Below, piece after piece: positions 49,801 through 53,082 of a stretch of DNA of 64,000 nucleotides. How positions within the stretch are numbered: position 1 is the first letter of the stretch; every line of letters starts with the position of its first letter. Origin of the DNA: an uncultured bacterium (GTDB lineage: Bacteria; Bacillota_I; Bacilli_A; Acholeplasmatales; Anaeroplasmataceae). The translations under genes were made by a program, and so were the position numbers. The stretch is taken from NCBI GenBank assembly GCA_949292525.1, contig CASEZJ010000003.1:7594-71593 (forward strand), in the 5' to 3' direction. The notes beneath the pieces were generated by a model, which made no database searches, was not told the origin of the DNA, and saw nothing but the letters and a program-made list of their open reading frames with translations.

Positions 49801-50604
49801 TTTAACACACCAATTACAGGTGATTTAGTGTTAATTGCCGGTTATCGTAAAGAATTTATTACTTACACATTAAAGACAGAAACAGAAGATGTGGTAATCA
49901 CTGTTCAATCTATTGATGGTAAAGGTTTACCTGCAGATGCTAAATTACAAGTTGTTCTAGTTAAACATGAGATTGATGCGACTGAGGCAATAGATTTATT
50001 AGCTAATATAGGAACTATAACTCGTTTATATGACATTAAATTAGTAGATTCAGCTGGAACTATCATTGAACCTAATGGTGAAGTTAGAGTAACATTAACA
50101 TTACCAGATGGTAAATTCCCTGGTGAAGGTAAAGAATATAAGATCATGTATATCAATAATGATTATTCTAACTATGAAGAATATGATTGCCGAGTTAATA
50201 CAGATGGTCTATTAGAATTCTATACTACTCACTTCTCATATTACGCTATTGTTACAGTTGATAAAGTTATTGACTACACTTGGTTATGGATTGTATTAGG
50301 AGTATTAGGTTTACTATTAATTCAAGCTATTATAGTTATAATAGTTAAGAATCGTAAATATAAGATTACATTCATTAGTAATGGTAATATTAAAGTTAAG
50401 GATATGCGTTACAAGAAAGACGAAAATGTCATCTTACCTATTCCAGAACGTTTAGGCTATAAATTTGTCGGTTGGTATTTAGATTCTAAATACACTCATC
50501 CAGCAAATATTAAGACTATGCCAAATGAAAATATTATCTTATATGCTAGATGGAAAGAAGATCCAATAACTATTGGCTTAGTAGTTAAAAACAAAAAAAA
50601 CTAA
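31858..50604 (+). CDS. giant (~6,248 aa) multi-repeat surface protein / putative adhesin with N-terminal signal anchor and C-terminal TM anchor
   Basis: This is a single uninterrupted 18.7-kb ORF. I chose the ATG at 31858, 7 nt after GGGAGG; the track start at 31843 is a TTG inside the RBS. The N-terminal hydrophobic segment is IIYSIGLLIITALLLLTF. I saw no LPXTG motif. Confidence 0.9.
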   Translation: MKRRKIIYSIGLLIITALLLLTFQNSKIKGQKDYGQTNTDHTILVGKKDPNDQNNYDEIFSDIATALNEAEADYETMTTIILTKDTSLDEDITIKSGQNIKVVSKDQDVVIGVTNRGYTLSIESTISLDLQSSLSFDCNVDLKTNGSIKANFEKIGDTFFLPRLEIYDSLNALGGSLNTDYFNSINVYGTINLTAGNITSSNEEEENVALNIPLTLQGTNSGLVYTGGTLNTKIAGEGLVVTTNDITTIDAPDTVMKIKAEVLTAESENNVELSSKLSSKTAGIYILDSTINYSLTSSLTLSDDLTLIALGDATITVGQNGYFNVSNGKTLNINGYLDGNSSSNTFYSIGANNLIIDGGITWEQNKNNGTYYFVTDSYEPGKGDAETFGREKYSASGNTSSYPLIRVNGSGSTLNLYQNAVLQNRINTQPEEKSNNSGGAVALNGEAKDKRVNLNIIGANIRYNALPNVANSSGGAGIGAYNANIHMYSGSIDHNTVYKQAGFTEMENGQEVASTDGAGVSLIENAKLIMEDGYISYNHGSSNYNSDGAGIMVRQSSNLDIRGGEVSYNFTYGYGGGICIYNSQVDISNGRIFGNRATYGGGIASSHENSANLDDTTIRLGIAGEESNLDVTSNTAFTPTKAEGKATGYGGGVALGNDQLNNNQQLIVNDANIYNNTAIYGGGISAYTNGGDNGGRLYLRGGNISNNIAETSNNGNGIYVYSKGNDGINSLVYLSGSIKIDTSNNIVFADLDTLNNSQNDVISNDDWPKWENTNVIERDFNGLVHYKYQNLDVADNNYHYLVINSDDRLNTSAGYIFEITPYTDVTFHFNLIRPYGKGDLSTSFSIINKSNNTTVYTKNSLDSLGRRGLTGKWTPDSVQLMAGITYSIIASKDVAMKDISYSNATQTPIVVEDTLTATGAIGLITYDDSNQYSTHSTLAAYKNGEAQEDKFIIDNANYHVSAQGKAIKIVKTETDKNYIAEVVKLDVPNNKFTNLSDAISAITKSSDTNFTIQILQNVNLTKEDFITIPTGKHVTITSADENRFTLNIPPEIESDGSTIFTIENGASLTLSNIIYEGGASKNKEFVVVENNGTFTLESGAEINSNLAPDGLASIEIGRGKTTTEIAGIISKNEGQYGAIFIPFSEANVNITNGAQIYDNRYTGNITGLENIGEYVDIVLESGNLNLNDLTKDSNIGVIVKQGSGSINASNLANTTSIGIKLNGSYNEQTDTYANYYRNAVAVNVTDSNTYTDKFKLIAPNNPLDSLIKEEVGSDLILNMVLAVEISFSNAWNANEDKTGYIKGETVDVVSDAYDSFTDIKNIIKTLFNVDVNEDNYTNYLTVKVKEDTIIFYIDSTKQLQFSRFTEITSRGSYYLNGFVQYEKSADTSNTYYGTSSYISVQNFSQRTNHIYLGTVWEPNSYVFEFNAGGLSTALGEMENQTIYHNNFDDSTKYPNIDTNLYYAIGFYFKGWKVKAKTGFVQENREDLVIADGDQITPSMLSSITSQADGDTSFVFEAQWVSIFGDNNNDGFANISNVGTSRNNPFIIRDVEGLNVLADTISDDNDSYMVDEYNYYTIITVTNEETNVVNKGYETNSYAGYYFKLDDNFDNTNDSFMKVIGTIDYLGDNYFKNPDNKDPIYSDILNTQENHPFSGYFDGNKKTINVDINPTTNKDFVGLFGYTKDATITNLNVDGMVSGRVSVGGLVGLAYGGKINNIESDVDVSFTGINAGGIVGTYYIETKNYRNGEVRHVINRGEVKYTPSSDEQKTEVSFGPTWTENKLMIAYQGTRAGGIIGQSFHVQLIEAYNSGNVTARFGVGGIIGTMISQNDDISQDSVVNTAFNIGDVEATSGLGTDYEYKADSTTIYQVNAYVGGIVGRMYGASTLSNSMNVGNVTASWRGTYDASDPNNVKFTYNDTNPTLGGRGAGGIIGVTSIEIDTLLGGNKYISSVINTGKVKAWSHAGGIAGILAYSDVSYSINVGVVEADGYITYKAGNYAFTGAIVGLGVAANLSATVAFDGDLSYKTETDSIIQAIGDDGDESVVFGYSANSSLAAKLSSSHLICQPNDSKPYGLSSTFFDTGWEWQSYDTEEPKYYYYPQLKSFSTATTIILKDNKSVSEISEEAVRLTIKDGEIDRPVTDEHKVTIILNLMNGSISNHSPIKINEDITFNYVDSENVWKAENIPYKNYQQEGKTLDLAEIEEVMSYPGYDFKGWYLDEDYTEPPFDGYISSQVVQTLYAKWVPHQYNIDLTGVVKYSNGNVELSNNENLSYTIEDTRKGNVRDITLPTIKENSAYKYEYWITTINTTEGIKTYNATSFSITEQDNGNYLISFFINGVSSGQGTIAELQQFNFELYCLEINYDISFIYNDYTSNSNPTSLDGVTNPNLDSNNTTISFNINSTDGLELASKPGYEFIGWFYEGQKVNTISEILKILNKDKIDMKDVKLEGRFEADTFKLILNLNGGTFAEATGNSVTLDINGENYILERNNEGVWVIEVLYGTDITWLTKITLSHIKSPAGKTFIEMSSHIDTSEDILSNMPAYDLTVYANYEPQTYKIKLGITSDEGTSINGLAFDSTDAIILINNGTLSWENDTLYLITEYGADLSDALKTIQNVLNARNKTSYKPSGYEAKYDGNIFNYYNVKIDEEYDEISINFIYSQENFIVDFYDSLGNFIAKFETKNSEESWLKDNKIIVSELEQELSRILGEYEYKVPRGYTSNNNNYNYIIFVNDIAITITDPEISVAGAYTIIEIQLTAKEYSVKFETEGTEVTDTIKFTYNEPIAKLPDSNRDGYDLSGWEYNGSLLAIETKFNEEHFSFNFDNSTEITLKARYEAATYNITYEFKADAYWAGNISNQTQSVRYNDFEFIDLKTEFNNFEGYTFSSASYNNTNITNNIIDNTFLEDLQQERNITITINLIIKTIYIIFNAGEGHFVFDKDDITRGFYLENIADLGDSSKHITEDNGDDSKLRYLVIEANYYQRAVDALHNRPILAGYTYSSYIAENSDINMNTPLTDNENIFNANYNADTYTITYIGEGITTDTTTAKYDAEITLPTPTRTGYKFTGWKIVGQTDDQTYEDKYTVKGNVVFEATWEEKLFNLILTVKEEYRGAVLEALAKIDDSFTSWPADNTFIIKFNTNLQELNRIKTNNSLLIWKNDNVPYTFSTMPADKLDLTAELSQRDYVVITAGVKNEKTEEVIFTYHLYAFKQEGQEYYKIESIPEELPEELRDGYSFNINSVDWHENGTNKGNLANAVFTNSTAIYAFATPDDYTIVYTTYENGVLKTDTIIGYHDQILVDVLKDINRSRPGYEFKNWTMNGIAVEDNKKITSNITVVADWTPVTYKIEFKYGDFNKTTEAIEYDTVINQIPTFNELNSGKEEAYYSMKFMVGSVQWNKIFGDDLRMVALNDIQEQYPKEIRESESGNEYIITVTIELVAKNFTINFIGTNIGVPNFEEFSVPFNKESNFTEITKLINNGITTSTSSFNDIIHYNCLKFGDVTVAETYVFKDLIKLFENQYDVEVRLEYEAKKYNLVYNEHNPEFTINYKNVNLDTFAPIYSGTDDAKHYYFAGWYINGDTSQTLYNNIIPVDILLNYIQDGKVEILPKYEPRNYGIIFYNKLGNSLDTSLPYGTKLDSNELNLDLILEDNNGYYEFKGWEYDGNKYLVIDDNIDLSDLTVNGHMLFNAIWEAKEFTITYNNIDGLTNPNPSTITIETNPIELKPIAKLGYTFDGWYIGETVVTELDLKTLTDKDNIILEAKFTPNTYKVSFDTAGGTVVDEQSYKYDDNSFTGLPTTNKDGYMFVGWYYDNIHIQTLEDIAKYAIDNEIKLTAVYEDNKYTIKFDYQHGELTDSNIENNEVSLGYSDPFNLPGINNLSADYQFLYWKVTINDVTTYYQAGQMVSRLATSGEVTFTAIYSYTVKLYDDNTPKYELNLVLDGTSVTLPSLPDKEHYTFKGWTTGNDSKVYVAGENYSLTKPLYAKYEPNTYTITYEIHDENNNSYHYDVVTYTYSKNVQDLSLKELPTNSDLYNYDGWYLKDDKVEDINTIYGQNVTLYANRTTNDITTTIVVNDVPNVDEYKTYLEGIKGDATNVEIVVDSTTVKVIFTTKYNESREIINQFFGQVYPTTSEGINYTLDKLNINSITPNKNEEYPLSFYTGSVKVTLYLVKGTNVTTIGTLNELVITEGLVNDRLTNIDTLGYEFKGWKEKDSNGEYVDYSFTNDELTKALELYALYEAISYTISYDDTNITEQVAFDDGKTVQTLNEPGQKLLGWSLTEGGPVQYSAGESINNVLRDHLTNEVNLMANGNTITLYPVTREYYLTIKFDNGNSSATGNMSSIKVAYSDLNGYVLPANKYELVGYTSTSWKYNESNANITEISGALLTTLQQKIASEDSEIILTANWEANKYSVTYINATITNESTFDEYTYGNGLTLPALNDLAERAGFTFAGWFMASDCTGDVVTTINNTETGNKTYYAKWTQNKYYLQFEKSETIKYVDANGNDFTFSDVTGEGLDTNFYYLEVTYGSVIPKLPILKEANYIFHAWTYNNVTISEGNVYSYVSNIILNANKSKQPYTIFIDFDNGNQNVNEVTEYGASINEYLDNYSNITKTGYTLTGWYINGTSYTLEQLEQNELAITSSTTIKAVWTPNKYDLIIDGTTNEDYLTFGQDNSLEDIIDELTKDGYHLLGFTDEENSQDVKFTNSYKLEKDVDITLYPIWEANTLTIIFNNNNGSGTMKHQIVSYDQLDDFELAENTFTKRGHDFIGWLYNSNQNISFDNGKLDLTNFIAYVKEQLKNESFTIELEANWQANTYSITYEFGELTDVINPNEKTYTYGEGLTLKDPSRLGYTFIGWKVNNNDVVKEYVIGEDTIGDITLQGVFEANIYNITYKFGELTDVINPNQNTYTYGEGLTLKDPSRLGYTFDGWYLNNAKVNEISTTTTDDLTLEGRFTPIEYTISFNSDGGTNIEEVKYNYGQELILSKPSKPGYTFIGWYFNDEVITPDIIAQNAIDNAIMLTARYEANDIKITITISDIATSNLAAIINRELNNNLKGYEFTISEANDGAVITVTISIKYSPNEDISGLNNIIKTITYKENDITYTFGGYKSNNQSYNFSYLPNEDINITANYLTSEMVVYLYVDDNAPISYIPTLEDGKYSLTKQELDGEISTKIGYTLSAWYDQNGDEFNFSIEQNKSISLYANFIPNTYAITLNVNGGDELSNDKFEVTYDSQIGTELVEPTRTGYTFTGWFDSNNNRVTKETIYKYAKDITLTAQWEAMTYVITYETVGGSTINEVLEMTYDKPSHITNTTPTKRGYNFLGFATTPNAEEAIYSLGQEVTNILFEASNKTLYAVWKAKTYTISYQGYSNTQTFSYNEVLPELLEVSLEGNTFISWYYNDIRVESGQLLSTLLTDEDEKDLNITLVPKFEKNSYIVSFDTLGGTNIEAINVTYGDLINVDNPTKTGYNFISWQIDGNDVDLVTYKMPDHNVKLVARYEIVEYNISYVGTDYSHSNKETYTVKDVVEFKDATKVGYTFAGWYLDSNFETKVTSTLDYAKDLVLYAKFEVITYNISYSLDGGTNANTNPNSYTVEDVVEFEDATKVGYTFAGWYLDSNFETKVASTLDYAKDLVLYAKFEVITYTITLGEDEIKYTVEKVVELPVLTKPGYEFGGWLIAGEARFNTIDLVGNYNGSAIWTLLEYNISYSLDGGTNANTNPNSYTVEDVVEFEDATKVGYTFAGWYLDSNFETKVTSTLDYAKDLVLYAKFEVITYTITFDTSDTSLPKFEDVEIAYGETLGSKLPNVDVPFGTTFDYWYYTNSENEDVVVTKDFVYNLTTNITLKPKVYDTTYYFIYNLDGGINNDSNIFEITLPDLNEPKELYNPTKVGYKFVSWYLDSEMTIEVVQLTKEVLEYANNKNQISLYAKYEIETYTIKYLDNDKTTVLKETEMQYNTLAEIFTPTKDGYIFDAWLKEDGKRYDFNTPITGDLVLIAGYRKEFITYTLKTETEDVVITVQSIDGKGLPADAKLQVVLVKHEIDATEAIDLLANIGTITRLYDIKLVDSAGTIIEPNGEVRVTLTLPDGKFPGEGKEYKIMYINNDYSNYEEYDCRVNTDGLLEFYTTHFSYYAIVTVDKVIDYTWLWIVLGVLGLLLIQAIIVIIVKNRKYKITFISNGNIKVKDMRYKKDENVILPIPERLGYKFVGWYLDSKYTHPANIKTMPNENIILYARWKEDPITIGLVVKNKKN
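33160..33920 (+). other. parallel-beta-helix / Pmp-like GG[AG] repeat region of the giant protein
   Basis: Recurring motifs are SGGAVALNG, SGGAGIGAYN, DGAGVSLIEN, DGAGIMVRQ, GYGGGICIYN, TYGGGIASS, GYGGGVALGN and IYGGGISAYT. They are spaced ~25-35 aa apart and interleaved with N-rich turns. Confidence 0.6.
36880..37900 (+). other. GLUG-like repeat region of the giant protein
   Basis: Motifs include GLFGYTKDATITNLNVDG, VGGLVGLAYGG, NAGGIVG, RAGGIIGQS, VGGIIGTM, VGGIVGRMYG, GAGGIIGV, HAGGIAGI and GAIVGLG. The same module type occurs in the lipoprotein at 5812-7488. Confidence 0.6.
46300..46651 (+). repeat. tandem duplication (period 219 bp) inside the giant gene
   Basis: The segment ACTTATGAATTTGGTGAATTAACGGATGTAATAAATCC...GGTTATACATT recurs 219 nt later. 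I saw only a handful of mismatches over ~130 nt. Confidence 0.85.
48364..49176 (+). repeat. three near-identical 207-213-bp modules (48364-48570, 48571-48783, 48964-49176) inside the giant gene
   Basis: By my manual alignment, copies 2 and 3 differ at about 7 of 213 nt. All three encode ...VEF(K/E)DATKVGYTFAGWYLDSNFETKV(T/A)STLDYAKDLVLYAKFEVIT. Confidence 0.85.
50281..50346 (+). other. C-terminal transmembrane anchor of the giant protein
   Basis: The helix is WLWIVLGVLGLLLIQAIIVIIV. It is followed by the positive stop-transfer sequence KNRKYK. Confidence 0.7.
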
Positions 50605-50622
50605 ATAGGGCTTTACAAAGCT

Positions 50623-50660
50623 AAAAAACAGGTCATCGTATTAAACTTTGACCTGTTTTT
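50623..50660 (+). terminator. rho-independent terminator of the giant gene
   Basis: The stem is CAGGTCA-(13-nt loop)-TGACCTG, followed by TTTTT. Confidence 0.6.
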
Positions 50661-50684
50661 ATACATTAAAATTGTAAAATGAAC

Positions 50685-50713
50685 TTGACATTATATGCCA
50701 AGCTTATTATAAT
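50685..50713 (+). promoter_or_regulatory. consensus promoter placed for a leaderless transcript
   Basis: The elements are TTGACA, a 17-nt spacer and TATAAT. The ATG at 50720 begins 7 nt after the -10 hexamer, and there is no SD sequence. Confidence 0.55.
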
Positions 50714-50719
50714 GAAATC

Positions 50720-51448
50720 ATGATTTATGAATTAGGAAATATAACACCATCTAGAAACCTAAACTTAGCATATATTATTCTAGATTGTCTTTTCTTAGTT
50801 ATTTTTTTAACTTTACTAATCATTAAAAAAAGGTATGCAACTACTATCTGGTCACTGTTAGGAGGAGTATTATATTTTATAGTAGACTATGGTTATTTCC
50901 ATTTAATTTCAAATAGTAGGTTTATTTCCTTTAATGGTATGGAAAGCGAAACAATTACAGCATTAATTTTATTATGGATGAGCTTATCATATGGTATTAC
51001 TAATTTTGCCTTTATTTGGCTTTGCTTAAAAAAAGATAAATATTTAAAAGAATGGTTAATATTAATAATTATGTGGTGGCTAATAGCCCCTAGTCTTGCA
51101 AGTTTCGATAACACTAATACAATTATCACTTCAAGAACAACCACAAAATATCATTATATTATGGCTAGTATGTTAATTGTTGGGTACTTGTTTTTAATAA
51201 TAAGAAATTTATTAACAAAAAATAAAGTTAATATATTATGGTTACTTGCTATCGGGGTTGGCGTTCAATTTGGTTGGGAAATATCATTATTAATTAATGG
51301 TATAAGACCTTTAAATGAAGCTAGTTTTATGACATTAATAATAAATTCTTTATTAGAAACCAACTTAGGATTACCATATATGTATTTAATATATAAACTG
51401 TTTAGTAAATATTATAATGATGATTTAACTAAAGTAAAAGAGACATAA
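50720..51448 (+). CDS. polytopic membrane protein, unknown function
   Basis: This 242-aa ORF has about 7 hydrophobic segments. I recognised no motif. Confidence 0.6.
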   Translation: MIYELGNITPSRNLNLAYIILDCLFLVIFLTLLIIKKRYATTIWSLLGGVLYFIVDYGYFHLISNSRFISFNGMESETITALILLWMSLSYGITNFAFIWLCLKKDKYLKEWLILIIMWWLIAPSLASFDNTNTIITSRTTTKYHYIMASMLIVGYLFLIIRNLLTKNKVNILWLLAIGVGVQFGWEISLLINGIRPLNEASFMTLIINSLLETNLGLPYMYLIYKLFSKYYNDDLTKVKET

Positions 51449-51456
51449 ATTTAATG

Positions 51457-51488
51457 AACCCCGTTTCTCATTTTAAGAAACGGGGTTT
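51457..51488. terminator. 12-bp hairpin between convergent genes
   Basis: The hairpin is AACCCCGTTTCT-(7-nt loop)-AGAAACGGGGTT. The flanking T-runs are weak. Confidence 0.5.
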
Positions 51489-51578
51489 AGTTAAATTAGT
51501 GATTCATTACTTTAATTCTAAACAGATAATCATTTTGATATTAACGGTTTTAGTTCTTTTAAAAAAGTGTATCAAAAA

Positions 51579-52835
51579 TTATAAGCCTAAAAGATAAACA
51601 GGAAAAACATAAGCATTTTCATTAATTGGTCTAATTTTATCACTAGTATTAATTATTAAACCAGGGTTAATTTTTAAATTATATTTTTCTAAAACCTTAA
51701 AGTTTTTAGTGGGCTTATTAGGTGTTTCACTTTTTTTAATTTCAATTGGAGTTATTTCATTATCTTTTATAAATAAAACATCAATTTCTCTTTGATCTAT
51801 ATCACGATAATAATAAAGATATTCCTTAGGATTTATGTTGTTATTAGCTAAACTCTTTATTATTTCACTTATAACAAAAGTTTCAAAAAATTGTCCACCC
51901 ATTGCGCAAGCTTCAAGCATTTCACTATTTGGCCATTTTGCCAAATAAGCACATAATCCAGTATCCATAAAATAAAGCTTAGGAGCTTTGATAATCCTTT
52001 TAGAAATGTGAGCCATATATGGTTCTAATAAATAAATAACGCCAGAAGTTTGTAGTATTGAAATCCATCTTTTACAAGTTGTAGAATCAATACCAAGTTC
52101 CCTTGCGTAGACCTCATAATTAATCTCTGTAGCTGTTCTTAACGCTAAATAAGCCATAAATCTTCTAAACTGCATTTCGCTTGATGCAGAAATAAGATTT
52201 CTAACATCTTTTTCTAAATAAGTATCTAAATAAGATTTAAAATAAGTATTATGCTCACTTTCATTTGTCACTACGTCAGGCATACCACCACGGTATATTC
52301 GTTTAAATATTTCTAATTTATTTGCGTATTTAAGACTTGTTTTATTTTCTTTTTCTAAAAGATTATTAATGTTAGGGTTAAACGCCTCTCCTTTTACGCT
52401 TAAAGCTTCTAATTGAGTCATAGAATACATTTCTATGACACCAATTCGTCCGGCTAGAGATTCTGAAATTCCCTGTTGAAGTATAAATTGGTTAGAACTA
52501 GATAATACATACATTAATTTTCTTTTTTTATTGTTTATTAAGCAATCATATCGTTCTTTATCAATTATAATTTTAATCTCATTTAATAATTAAGGCGCTT
52601 TTTGGACCTCATCAATAATAAGTGGCCAAGGATGAACTTCTAAAAAACCCTTAGGGTTAGATAAAGCAAGTTCTAATTCAACTGTATCGTCTAAAGTAAC
52701 AACATTAAAAGAAGAACCAAAAAGTTTATAAAGTGTAGTTGATTTCCCAATTTGTCTAGCTCCATAGATTGCTATTGCTGGGAATGATTTGCTAACTGTT
52801 AAAATTGTTGTTTCTATATCTCGCGTTAAATACAT
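51579..52835 (-). pseudogene. AAA ATPase (DUF4143-type) interrupted by a single in-frame TAA
   Basis: The N-terminal fragment carries the P-loop GARQIGKST and a Walker-B-like LIIDEVQKAP, then a stop at 52590-52592. The frame continues without any shift (LLNEIKIIIDKERYDCLINNKKRKL-MYVLSSSNQ...) into the 311-aa ORF. The RBS is GGGGTGAT. Confidence 0.7.
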
Positions 52836-52869
52836 TCATATCACCCCATCAAGTACTTGTTTCAATATT

Positions 52870-52908
52870 TATCCGATTAAATAACGACTCTAATAGCAAT
52901 TTAATCGG
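52870..52908. repeat. 39-nt hairpin element, copy A
   Basis: The sequence is TATCCGATTAAATAACGACTCTAATAGCAATTTAATCGG. Perfect 10-nt arms CCGATTAAAT/ATTTAATCGG flank a 16-nt loop. Confidence 0.85.
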
Positions 52909-52948
52909 TTTATGAGTAATTTTATCATAATTTTTAAGGAAATCAATG

Positions 52949-52987
52949 TATCCGATTAAATGACGAGTCTAATAGTAATTTAATCGG
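52949..52987. repeat. 39-nt hairpin element, copy B
   Basis: The sequence is TATCCGATTAAATGACGAGTCTAATAGTAATTTAATCGG. The arms are identical to copy A, and all 3 differences lie in the loop. It is 79 nt from copy A. Confidence 0.85.
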
Positions 52988-53082
52988 TGAAGCAATAAAA
53001 CTCAAATTTTAATTTGTGATAATTTTTCCTTTTTTTTAATAGTTTTTTATAATATAATTTATTAAATAGAGGAAGTGATAGA

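Larger units (their letters stand above)
38284..49870 (+). repeat. array of about 35-40 Listeria-Bacteroides-type (Flg_new / InlB B-repeat-like) ~65-75-aa modules
   Basis: The recurring unit is Y-x-[IV]-x-[FY] ... G-[YF]-x-F-x-G-W-[YF] ... L-Y-A-x-[WFY]-E. Examples are GYDFKGWYLD, GYEFIGWFYE, GYKFTGWKIV, GYTFDGWYIG, GYMFVGWYYD and GYTFAGWYLD. One isolated unit lies earlier, at ~36118-36420. Confidence 0.75.

Noticed and set aside
52870-52987. A CRISPR array formed by the twin hairpin repeats.
   Set aside because: There are only two copies, with a 40-nt AT-rich spacer, and no cas genes anywhere in the window. The internal 10-bp arms with a 16-nt loop are unlike typical CRISPR repeats.
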